From assembly GCA_964495255.1 (NCBI GenBank), contig CAZBVC010000004.1, positions 953 to 64,952 of the forward strand: a stretch of 64,000 nt of DNA. The letters are read 5' to 3'. The position numbers and the translations under genes are program-made. Source of the stretch: an uncultured Oscillospiraceae bacterium (GTDB lineage Bacteria > Bacillota > Clostridia > Christensenellales > CAG-138). Positions within the stretch are counted from its first letter, which is position 1; every line of letters starts with the position of its first letter. Positions 56,737 to 64,000 of this stretch are shown here, piece after piece. The notes under the pieces are model-generated. The model was not told the DNA's origin. It did not search any database and saw only the letters and a list, made by a program, of their open reading frames with translations.

Positions 56737-56841
56737 GGCGTCGTACTCCTCCGCGACAAGCAGCGTTTCTTGTCCTTTTCACGCATATCATACCATATTT
56801 TGTCGATTGCGTCCACGCAAAAGGATGGCTCGCGTCCATGC

Positions 56842-56871
56842 AAAAAGCGCGGCGCTGTGACACAGCCGCGC
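56842..56871 (-). terminator. Intrinsic terminator after the rRNA methyltransferase gene.
   Basis: On the minus strand: a GC-rich 6+4 bp bulged stem followed by T5. Confidence 0.65.
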
Positions 56872-56902
56872 ATTGGAAAAATACGTTTTCGTATGCCCGC
56901 GT

Positions 56903-58318
56903 TCAGCGCACGCGCAGTCCCTTCGGGATATGGTTCTTCAAAACCCCGTTCACCGCTTTGCCCCAGCCGACGGGAAAGCCGTATGCCGTCGCGGCGCACC
57001 AGCCCGAAAGCGCGGGGTCGCAGGGCACGACCTCGCCCGCCAAAAAGTGGGAAAGCGCATCCCCGACAAGCGGAACCGTGCGTAAGAACGCGCTTGCCGG
57101 ATACGCCATGATCAGCGCGTGCGCAGGCTCGAAGCGCCGGTTGACGACCTCGCCCGCCAGCACGCCCGCGCGCAAAACGCGCAGCTTCTCCGCGCCGTCA
57201 AGCGCGCGCTCGGGCAGCAGCATCACGCGGTTATCCGAAAGCAGTCTTGCCGAGGCGGACGGCGGCGCGGCGAACGTTTCGCGGCAGAACACCTCCCAAG
57301 CGGGGATGCGCTTTTCCGCGCGCGGCGCTTCGAAAGCGGCGCTTGCGCTTCCTTCGCGCAAAAGCTCCGCCATATACTGTCCCTCCCCCGAGAACGTGTG
57401 AGGATACAGTCGGCGTTCAAAGGCGAGCGAAAAATCGGCGTGTTCGCCCAAAAACGCCGCAACGGTTTGTTCGTTTTCCTCGGGCGAGAACGTGCAGGTC
57501 GAATAGATCAAAACGCCGCCGCGCTTGACGGACAACGCCGCGGAACGCAGGATCTGCCTTTGCCGCTCGGCGCAGGCGCAAACCTGCCGAACGCTCCACG
57601 CCGCCCTCGCCTGCTCGCTTGTTCGGAACATGCCCTCGCCCGAGCAGGGCGCGTCGACCAAAACCGCGTCAAACGTTTCGTGAAGCTGCTCGCAGAGCGC
57701 GTCGGGGCGCATGCAGGTTACGAGCGCGTTCCTGACCCCGAGCCGCTCAAAATTGCCGATCAGCGCGTCCGCCCGCGCGCGCACGGGTTCGTTTGCGACC
57801 AGGATACCCGTGTTTTCGAGATAAGCCGCGAGCTGACCGCTCTTTCCGCCCGGCGCCGCGCACAGGTCGAGCGCCGCCATCCCGCGCGACAAACCGCCGC
57901 GCAAGAGCGAAGCGGGCATCTGCGCCGCAGGTTTCGCAGGAACCCGTCCCGATAAGAGCGAGGCGGGCATTTGCGCCGCAGGTTCCGCAGGAACCCGTCC
58001 CGATAAGAGCGAGGCGGGCATCTGGGCCGCGGGTTCCTGTGCATAACAAAGCCCCGCGATATGCAGAGGATGCTTGCCGATGGGGACATCGTTTGGGAAA
58101 AAGTATCCGTTTTCGGTTGAATCGATCCGTTCGAGCGGGAAATCTGCAAGCGAAAGAAACGTTTCTTCCTCCGTTTTGAGCGGATTCGTCCGAAGCGCGC
58201 GGCGCGGCGCGTGTTCCATCGCGGCAAGATACGCGCTAAATGCGTCGCCAAGCTGCAACCGCATACGGTTCAAAAACGCCTCGGGCAGATCCATGCTGAC
58301 GCCAACGGCTTTTGCCAA
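56903..58318 (-). CDS. RsmB/RsmF-family (NOL1/NOP2/Sun) RNA m5C methyltransferase.
   Basis: Motif I DLCAAPGGKS, motif IV DAPCSGEG and motif VI TCTFSPEENE. TTG start with SD GAAGGAAGG 11 nt upstream. Confidence 0.8.
   Translation of the reverse strand: MAKAVGVSMDLPEAFLNRMRLQLGDAFSAYLAAMEHAPRRALRTNPLKTEEETFLSLADFPLERIDSTENGYFFPNDVPIGKHPLHIAGLCYAQEPAAQMPASLLSGRVPAEPAAQMPASLLSGRVPAKPAAQMPASLLRGGLSRGMAALDLCAAPGGKSGQLAAYLENTGILVANEPVRARADALIGNFERLGVRNALVTCMRPDALCEQLHETFDAVLVDAPCSGEGMFRTSEQARAAWSVRQVCACAERQRQILRSAALSVKRGGVLIYSTCTFSPEENEQTVAAFLGEHADFSLAFERRLYPHTFSGEGQYMAELLREGSASAAFEAPRAEKRIPAWEVFCRETFAAPPSASARLLSDNRVMLLPERALDGAEKLRVLRAGVLAGEVVNRRFEPAHALIMAYPASAFLRTVPLVGDALSHFLAGEVVPCDPALSGWCAATAYGFPVGWGKAVNGVLKNHIPKGLRVR
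57900..58038 (-). repeat. 51-bp in-frame tandem repeat of about 2.7 copies, inside the methyltransferase gene.
   Basis: Units at 57900-57950, 57951-58001 and 58002-58038. Together they encode (E/K)PAAQMPASLLSGRVPA three times. Confidence 0.9.
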
Positions 58319-58423
58319 CGCAAAAGTTTCCTTCCTTCTGAATTACGGTCGGTCTTGCGAAGATGATTTGCCGCAAAACGGGTTGAAAAGGCGTATCCGC
58401 CCCCCTGCATCCCGACGCAAAGC

Positions 58424-59353
58424 CTATTCGCGCGCGCTCGGGATGGCGGAAACATCGTATGGCGTTTCCTGATACACGAAATAGTTCAGCCAGTTGGCAA
58501 ACAGCAGCGCGCCGTGCGCACGCCAACGCACCACGGGCTCCTGCGTATCGTCGTCGTTCGGATAATAGTTTTTCGGCGGCAAAATCACCTTGCCCGCCGC
58601 AAGATCGCGGCGATACTCCAACGCGAGCGTTTCCGCGTCATACTCGCTGTGGCCCGTAACGAACACGCGCTTGCCGTCCCGCGAGGCGGCCAGGTAGACC
58701 CCCGCTTCCCGCGAGGTGCAGAGAATGTCCAGATCCGCTATGCGCGCCGCGTCGGAAACATAGATGGTCGTATGGCGCGAATGCGGGGCGAAAAACACCT
58801 CGTCAAACCCGCGCACGAGCTTATGCGAACGGTTTAGAACGTTATGCTCGAACACGCCGAACAGCTTTTTGTTGAGCGTGTGCTTATCCACGCCGTAAAA
58901 ATGATACAGCGCCGCCTGCGCCGCCCAGCAGATATACAGCGTCGAAAACACGTTGCGATCCGCCCAGTCCATAACGCGCACAAGCTCGTCCCAATATTGC
59001 ACGTCCCGAAAATCGATCAGCTCCACGGGCGCGCCCGTGACCACCAAGCCGTCGAACGGCTCGTCTTTGACCTCGTCGAACGTGCGGTAAAACGCGCGCA
59101 AATAGTCCTGCGAGGTGTTTTGGCTCTGGTAGCTGTCCGTGCGCAAAAGCGTGATTTCAACCTGCAAGGGCGTGTTGGCAAGCAGCCGCAAAAGCTGCGT
59201 CTCCGTCGCCTGCTTGGTCGGCATCAGGTTCATGATGGCGATGCGAAGCGGGCGAATATCCTGTGTTTTGGCGCGTTCCTGCGCCATGACGAATATGTTT
59301 TCCAGCGCGAGCGCTTCCGCGGCGGGCAGCCCGTCGGGTATTTTGAGCGGCAT
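58424..59353 (-). CDS. metA: Homoserine O-acyltransferase (MetA family).
   Basis: [11 protein letters not shown]...[15 protein letters not shown]. Internal ATG 59353 with an AAGGA SD. The track ORF's N-terminal extension is spurious. Confidence 0.9.
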   Translation of the reverse strand: MPLKIPDGLPAAEALALENIFVMAQERAKTQDIRPLRIAIMNLMPTKQATETQLLRLLANTPLQVEITLLRTDSYQSQNTSQDYLRAFYRTFDEVKDEPFDGLVVTGAPVELIDFRDVQYWDELVRVMDWADRNVFSTLYICWAAQAALYHFYGVDKHTLNKKLFGVFEHNVLNRSHKLVRGFDEVFFAPHSRHTTIYVSDAARIADLDILCTSREAGVYLAASRDGKRVFVTGHSEYDAETLALEYRRDLAAGKVILPPKNYYPNDDDTQEPVVRWRAHGALLFANWLNYFVYQETPYDVSAIPSARE

Positions 59354-59406
59354 TGTTTCTGTTCCTTTATCTTCTCTGTATCGTCTCCGTTGTCGGATTG
59401 CTTCCG

Positions 59407-60699
59407 TTACAGCGGCTTTACGGCGCGATTTAACGCTTGGTCGAGATCGGCTATGAGATCGGCGGCGTCCTCTATGCCGATCGACAAACGGATCATATCG
59501 GGCGAGATGCCGCATTTTTCGAGCGCTTCGGGCGAAAGCGGCGAATGCGTCGTGCTCGCGGGATGCACCACCAGCGAGCGCACGTCGCCGACGTTTGAAA
59601 CAAGCGAAAACAATTCCAATGCGTCGATAAACCTGCGCCCCGCCTCGACGCCGCCCTTGATGCGGAAGGTGAAGATTCCGCCCGCGCCGCGCGGCATATA
59701 TTTTTTCGCGCGCTCGAAATACGGGCTGCTCGGCAAGCGCGCATAGTTGACCTCCTCCACGGCGGGATGCGTCGAAAGAAACCGCGCGACTTGATCCGCG
59801 TTCCCGACGTGCTTTTGCATCCGCAAGGAGAGCGTCTGCACGCCGAGCGCCGTCAGATACGCGTTGAACGGCGACATACAAAAGCCCGCGTCATGCAAAA
59901 AATAGTCCCGCAGGCGCGAAACGAACGCCGCCTTGCCCTTTTCGGCATACACGCAATCGTGATGCGCGCCGTCCGGCATATGAAACTGAACGAACCGCGG
60001 CGAATCGGAAAAGTCGAACGTTCCGAGATCCGTCACGCTTCCGCCGATGCAGGTTCCGCTGCCGCAAAGGTATTTGGTCGTCGAATGCAGGGTGAAATCC
60101 ACGCCGTTTGCCGTCGCGTCAAACAGATACGGCGTGCAGAACGTATTGTCGCATACCACGGGCACGCCGTTTTCATGCGCGATCTCGACGATGCGCGCAA
60201 TGTTCGGGATGCTCGCAAGCGGGTTGGCGACGGACTCGAAATAAACAAACCGCGTTTTCTCGCCGATCGCCGCAGAAAGCGCGTCCATATCCTCGGGCTC
60301 CACCTTGCGCGCGCGCACGCCGTAGCGATGCTCGAGCTGGTCGAACAAAAGCGAGTAGCTGCCGCCGTAAAGCGAGGAAAGCGCGACGAGCTCGTCGCCC
60401 GGCTCGCAAAGCGTCAGCGTCAGCGCGAGCAGCGCCGCCATGCCCGAGGCAAAGCAAACCGTTTCGTATCCGTCCTCCAACGCGCAGATTCGCTCCTCCA
60501 ACGCCGTCACGGTCGGGTTTTTCAGGCGCGTATAGATGTTCCCCTCGACCTCGCCCTTGAACTGCGCCGCCGCGTCCTCCGCGTTTTCATACAGATACGC
60601 GCTGGTTTGATACAGCGGAAGCGCGTGCGCGCCCGTGGTCGGGTCGCCGCGCCAGCCCGCGTGCAGTTGCAGCGTGTCAAAGCCGTAGTCCTTTTGCAT
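59407..60699 (-). CDS. metY: O-acetylhomoserine aminocarboxypropyltransferase (sulfhydrylase).
   Basis: [10 protein letters not shown]...YTRLKNPT, with the PLP lysine in HSTTKYLCG. Confidence 0.9.
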   Translation of the reverse strand: MQKDYGFDTLQLHAGWRGDPTTGAHALPLYQTSAYLYENAEDAAAQFKGEVEGNIYTRLKNPTVTALEERICALEDGYETVCFASGMAALLALTLTLCEPGDELVALSSLYGGSYSLLFDQLEHRYGVRARKVEPEDMDALSAAIGEKTRFVYFESVANPLASIPNIARIVEIAHENGVPVVCDNTFCTPYLFDATANGVDFTLHSTTKYLCGSGTCIGGSVTDLGTFDFSDSPRFVQFHMPDGAHHDCVYAEKGKAAFVSRLRDYFLHDAGFCMSPFNAYLTALGVQTLSLRMQKHVGNADQVARFLSTHPAVEEVNYARLPSSPYFERAKKYMPRGAGGIFTFRIKGGVEAGRRFIDALELFSLVSNVGDVRSLVVHPASTTHSPLSPEALEKCGISPDMIRLSIGIEDAADLIADLDQALNRAVKPL

Positions 60700-60731
60700 A
60701 AAGCCGTGCCTCGTTTCGTTCGAATGCGTTT

Positions 60732-60760
60732 ATCCTATCAAAAATCGCCGTTGAATGCAA
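60732..60760 (-). promoter_or_regulatory. Candidate promoter TTGCAT-N17-TAGGAT for metY-metA.
   Basis: Read on the minus strand. It would give a leader of only about 30 nt. Confidence 0.45.
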
Positions 60761-60767
60761 CGCCGCT

Positions 60768-60816
60768 CTTCTTTCTTTATAAAGAAAGAAGCAAAGAAAC
60801 CACGTTTGCCACGCGA
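60768..60816. repeat. Second locus of the repeat family: a 24-bp perfect palindrome plus an inverted copy of the GTGGCAAA...TTTGCTTC motif.
   Basis: CTTCTTTCTTTATAAAGAAAGAAG lies at 60768-60791. The reverse complement of 60788-60816, TCGCGTGGCAAACGTGGTTTCTTTGCTTC, matches the 48.8-kb 29-mer at about 22 of 29 positions. Confidence 0.75.
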
Positions 60817-60820
60817 AGAT

Positions 60821-60850
60821 AAAAGGAGTTGAGATTTTTGTCTCAACCCC
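60821..60850 (-). terminator. Intrinsic terminator after the amidase-like gene.
   Basis: On the minus strand: GGGGTTGAGA-caaaaa-TCTCAACTCC (9 of 10 bp) followed by TTTTAT. Confidence 0.65.
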
Positions 60851-60916
60851 TTGCAAAATGATTGGTGTAAGCGAGGTTTTCTCTGCTTCTCTCTTTTTTA
60901 GAGGAAGAAGAAACCC

Positions 60917-61783
60917 TTACGCGATGCCGAAGTAGAACAGAATGCCGTCCACGATGCCGTTCGCCATCTTTTCCTGAAACGCCGCGTCGTTGAGCAGCGT
61001 GTCCTCGTCGCTGTTGGAGATATGCCCCATAATCAGCGTGCAGACGGGCGCTTTGGTCTTGTTCAAAAACGTCTCGTCGGTTTTTACGATCACGGACTCG
61101 CCGCCGATTTCACGCTTGGGCAGCCCCGTCTCCTCGCAATACGCGTTAAGCAGCGCGTCGGCGAGCTTTTTGCAGGCGCTTTGCTGGTTATGCGTTTTGG
61201 GGATCCACGCCATCGCGCCGCGCGTATCCTTCGCGCCGACGGAATTGCACTCGATGCGAATCGCGAGCTCGGGATTGCCGTTGTTGAGCTTATCTGCGCG
61301 TTCGGTTGATTCCATGGTTCCCTTTACGTCGGTCAGCGTGAAAATGACCTGCGCGCCCATGTCCTCAAGCTGCTGCTTGACAAGCGTGGCGACGGCATAG
61401 TTCAACCGGTTTGCGTAAACCTTGGTGGTAACGCCGCGAACGGTGGAGGTATAGCCGCGCGCGGGGTCTATTCCGATGATGCGCCCCGCGAGCTTGCCCG
61501 CCGCGGCGGAGGGCGTAGGCGTAGCTTCTTCGCCGTCCAAAGGCGCGGGCGTGGGCGTTTCGACGGACGCGACCACCGGCGTTTCCGTAACGGGCGCGAC
61601 GGTGGGCGAGGGCGACGGCGTCGCGTTTGAGACCTGATAGGCGCGCACGGCGGGGGTGATCACGCCGGCTACGAGCGCATAGGTAACGCCCGTGAGCAAA
61701 ATAAGGATCATCGCGCACAAAACACCGAAAGCCAACGGATTGTTGACTCGAAACGACCTTCTGCGCTTGACGATCTTTTTCAT
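60917..61783 (-). CDS. Membrane-anchored N-acetylmuramoyl-L-alanine amidase (Amidase_3)-like protein with non-canonical active-site residues.
   Basis: N-terminal TM segment and a Pro/Thr/Ser linker. The Amidase_3-like core reads IGIDPARGY...LAIRIECNS...TLIMGHISNSDE. Confidence 0.7.
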   Translation of the reverse strand: MKKIVKRRRSFRVNNPLAFGVLCAMILILLTGVTYALVAGVITPAVRAYQVSNATPSPSPTVAPVTETPVVASVETPTPAPLDGEEATPTPSAAAGKLAGRIIGIDPARGYTSTVRGVTTKVYANRLNYAVATLVKQQLEDMGAQVIFTLTDVKGTMESTERADKLNNGNPELAIRIECNSVGAKDTRGAMAWIPKTHNQQSACKKLADALLNAYCEETGLPKREIGGESVIVKTDETFLNKTKAPVCTLIMGHISNSDEDTLLNDAAFQEKMANGIVDGILFYFGIA

Positions 61784-61919
61784 TTATCTCACCTCTGTCG
61801 TGCTGCTGGCTCTATTGTAACACGCTGCTTTGACAAGTTACCATAGAAAAACATAAGATTTTCAATTTTTACACGTTTTCGTTATAAAAAATTCATGGAC
61901 GCCGTTGTATACTGTTTCC

Positions 61920-62819
61920 ATGCCATATAATTACACGCATGCGCTTGTCGGTCTGCTTGCCGTAAGCGGGCTCGAACCGCCCGCGCAGAAGTTTGTGCGG
62001 GAGAACCGCGCCGCTTTTCTGATCGGCACGATGGGCCCCGATCCCTATTTCGGAGACGCTTTTCCGCCGCCGCTTTGTTCGCCCTGCCGCGAAACGTTCG
62101 CCGGTTTTTTGCACGGTCTGCCCGCAAAAACGCTTTTGCCCGCGCTCTTTTCGTCCTGCGAAGGCAAACACGCGCGCATCGCCTACACGATGGGCTTTCT
62201 TTGCCACTTTGTAACGGACGCCGCCGCGCATCCGTACATCGAAGCGCGCTTTTCGGGCAAGGCGCATACGCCCGCCGAGATCGCGCTCGATCTTGCGCTG
62301 ATTCGATCGCTTCCGCAAGCGGATCTGATTCTGCCCATGCCGCCGAAAAGGCTGTATGACAAATCGCTCCTGCCCGAGCTGGATCGGCTTCACGCTTCGC
62401 TCTTCTTTGCGTTGGGCCGCGGCAAAACGCAGGGCGCGTTTGCCCGTTCGGCGCGAAAATGGATTCGCCTGAACGCGCTTACCTATGACCCGCGCGGCAG
62501 GAAGCTGCGCTTTTTCTCCGCGCTCGAAACCGCGCTGCGAATCGAAAACGGGGCTTCGCGCTTTCTCGTCGCGCCGCACGAGGATCTTTGCGACCGCATG
62601 AACCTGTCGCATGCGCCCTGGTCTGCGCCTTGGGCAAAAGCGGAATTGCGCACGGAATCCTTCCCCGACCTGATCGAAGCGGCCTATGCGCGCTGCGTGC
62701 CCGTGCTGAAATTTGCTTACGCCGTCCTGTGCGAAGGCTCGCGGGAAGCCATGCGGGCGCTTTACGACGCGCTCGGCGAAATCGGCATGGAGGGCTTCGT
62801 CCCCGAGGTGAACGGCTGA
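61920..62819 (+). CDS. Zinc-dependent phospholipase C-like family protein.
   Basis: MPYNYTHALVG N-terminus and the His-rich motif GFLCHFVTDAAAHPYIE. Confidence 0.65.
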   Translation: MPYNYTHALVGLLAVSGLEPPAQKFVRENRAAFLIGTMGPDPYFGDAFPPPLCSPCRETFAGFLHGLPAKTLLPALFSSCEGKHARIAYTMGFLCHFVTDAAAHPYIEARFSGKAHTPAEIALDLALIRSLPQADLILPMPPKRLYDKSLLPELDRLHASLFFALGRGKTQGAFARSARKWIRLNALTYDPRGRKLRFFSALETALRIENGASRFLVAPHEDLCDRMNLSHAPWSAPWAKAELRTESFPDLIEAAYARCVPVLKFAYAVLCEGSREAMRALYDALGEIGMEGFVPEVNG

Positions 62820-62821
62820 AC

Positions 62822-63331
62822 ATGGAAAGCGCTTTCCGAAACAAAACGGCCTGCTGCTTTACGGGGCATCGCCCGTTCGGGCTTCCGAACGGCGGAGACG
62901 CGCAAAGCGACGGTATGCGAGCGCTTCTCCTGCGCCTCGATTCGGCGATTCATGACGCGGAAGGCTGCGGCGTAACGGCGTTTTACGCGGGCGGCGCGAC
63001 CGGCTTTGACACGCTTGCGGCGGAAGCGGTTTTGCGTGTGAAGGACGCGGGCGCGTCGGTTCGATTGTTTTTGAAGCTGCCGGGGCGCGATCAGCATAAG
63101 GGCTTCTCCCCCGCCGAGGAACGTCGCTTTTTGCGCATTCTGGACGCGGCGGACGGGGTCGATTATGCCGCCGAGACCTGCTCGGTGTTCTCCATGCAGG
63201 CGCGCAACCGTGCGCTTGTGGACGCTTCGGACGTTTGCATATGCTATCTTGCGCGCATGAAGGGCGGCACGCTCTATACGGTCAACTACGCGCTGGATTG
63301 CGGAATTCCCGTAATAAACCTTGCTTTATAA
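62822..63331 (+). CDS. SLOG-superfamily DUF1273 (YpsA-like) protein.
   Basis: CCFTGHRPFGLP and AGGATGFDTLAAEAV correspond to the YpsA motifs ITGYKPFELG and SGQLGVELWAAEAA. It starts 2 nt after the upstream stop. Confidence 0.7.
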   Translation: MESAFRNKTACCFTGHRPFGLPNGGDAQSDGMRALLLRLDSAIHDAEGCGVTAFYAGGATGFDTLAAEAVLRVKDAGASVRLFLKLPGRDQHKGFSPAEERRFLRILDAADGVDYAAETCSVFSMQARNRALVDASDVCICYLARMKGGTLYTVNYALDCGIPVINLAL

Positions 63332-63371
63332 GCGCGCGTAACCGATTTTTTGGCAGGCGGCGCGCTTTTTT
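63331..63371 (+). terminator. Candidate intrinsic terminator with a large loop.
   Basis: AGCGCGC...GCGCGCT, a 7-bp stem with a 22-nt loop, followed by T6. Confidence 0.4.
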
Positions 63372-63382
63372 CCCGTGCGGAA

Positions 63383-63411
63383 TTGCCAAGGGGCGGCAGA
63401 CATGGTATAAT
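63383..63411 (+). promoter_or_regulatory. Promoter TTGCCA-N17-TATAAT with a TG extension, for the MATE gene.
   Basis: Near-consensus. The -10 ends 11 nt before ATG 63423, so the mRNA would be leaderless or have a very short leader. Confidence 0.6.
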
Positions 63412-63422
63412 CCCTTTTCGTT

Positions 63423-64000
63423 ATGGATACGATGCAAAATAAGAGTTCTTTCAACAAAATGGGCGAAATGCCGGAGGGCAAGCTGCTTTTCTCGATGGCG
63501 GTTCCGCTCGCTTTCTCGATGCTCATTCAGGCGCTGTACAACTTCGTGGACAGCATCTTCGTTTCCCGCATCGGCGAAAACGCGCTGACCGCCGTTACGC
63601 TCGCCTACCCGATGTTCATGCTCATGATCTCCGTCGCGGTCGGCACGGGCGTCGGCGTCAATTCGCTGATTTCCCGCAGGCTCGGCGCAAAGCGGATTGA
63701 CGAGGCGAACCGCGCCGCGGGCAACGGTATGCTGCTCATGGCGCTCGCGTCGCTCGCGTTCGTTTTGTTCGGCATATTCGGCGCGAAGCCGTTCGTCAAC
63801 GCGTATACGGACGTTGCGGAAACCGCCGAAATGGGCGGAACCTATCTTTCGATCGTATGCACGTTCTGCTTCGGCTTGTTCATGCAGGTGTTTTGCGAGC
63901 GCATCATGCAGTCGCAGGGGAAAAACGTCGCCGCTATGCTCATGCAGCTTGTCGGCGCGGTGATCAACATCGTTCTCGACCCCATCCTGATATTCGGTTT
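63423..64000 (+). CDS. MATE-family efflux transporter. Partial: the 3' end runs off the window.
   Basis: Hand translation gives M(DT)MQNKSSFNKMGEMPEGKLLFSMAVPLAFSMLIQALYNFVDSIFVSRIGENALTAV..., open to the window end. It is absent from the track because there is no stop codon. Confidence 0.85.
   Translation, partial: MDTMQNKSSFNKMGEMPEGKLLFSMAVPLAFSMLIQALYNFVDSIFVSRIGENALTAVTLAYPMFMLMISVAVGTGVGVNSLISRRLGAKRIDEANRAAGNGMLLMALASLAFVLFGIFGAKPFVNAYTDVAETAEMGGTYLSIVCTFCFGLFMQVFCERIMQSQGKNVAAMLMQLVGAVINIVLDPILIFG

Noticed and set aside
59354-59881. 176-codon N-terminal extension of the metA track ORF, overlapping metY.
   Set aside because: It overlaps the 3' end of metY in another frame. MetA homology begins at MPLKIPDG (ATG 59353), which has its own SD.
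60700-60916. SAM-I (S-box) riboswitch or Met T-box upstream of metY.
   Set aside because: I read the minus strand by eye. It has no CTTATCAAGAG...GGTGCTAA...GAGAGATAAG-type S-box core and no AGGGTGGNACCGCG T-box sequence. This needs Infernal to be definitive.

Overview
A 64-kb chromosomal segment from a high-GC, spore-forming Firmicute (Clostridia-like; taxonomy inferred from gene content only). I support about 58 protein-coding genes. From about 11.9 kb to 61.8 kb nearly all of them lie on the minus strand. Recognisable blocks are: a partial Na+-decarboxylase beta subunit; a KdpD-like/KdpE two-component pair next to trkA-trkH; rsgA; a GatZ/NagA amino-sugar locus; the glgB-C-D-A glycogen operon plus malQ; spoIIR-sleB-ypeB; corA; an MscS channel; the rnfCDGEAB operon; a CotH/VTC/DUF4956 cluster; rarA; an RsmF-like methyltransferase; and metY-metA. 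I found no rRNA, tRNA, CRISPR array, transposase or integrase. The ORF track is full of long Arg/Ala-rich antisense ORFs typical of high-GC DNA, and I rejected them. The items most worth a second look are: (1) a tandem and dispersed AT-rich hairpin/35-mer repeat family at 48.7 kb and 60.8 kb; (2) the uncharacterised CotH-VTC-DUF4956 module; (3) a 978-aa glycosyltransferase/serine-hydrolase fusion translationally coupled to a nuclease-like wHTH protein; (4) an MgtL-like MEPEP leader uORF in the corA 5' leader; (5) a 51-bp in-frame tandem triplication in the rRNA methyltransferase; (6) a frameshifted signal peptide in a metallophosphoesterase; and (7) two enzyme-like proteins whose canonical catalytic residues are substituted. 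All family assignments come from motif recognition by eye, not from database searches.
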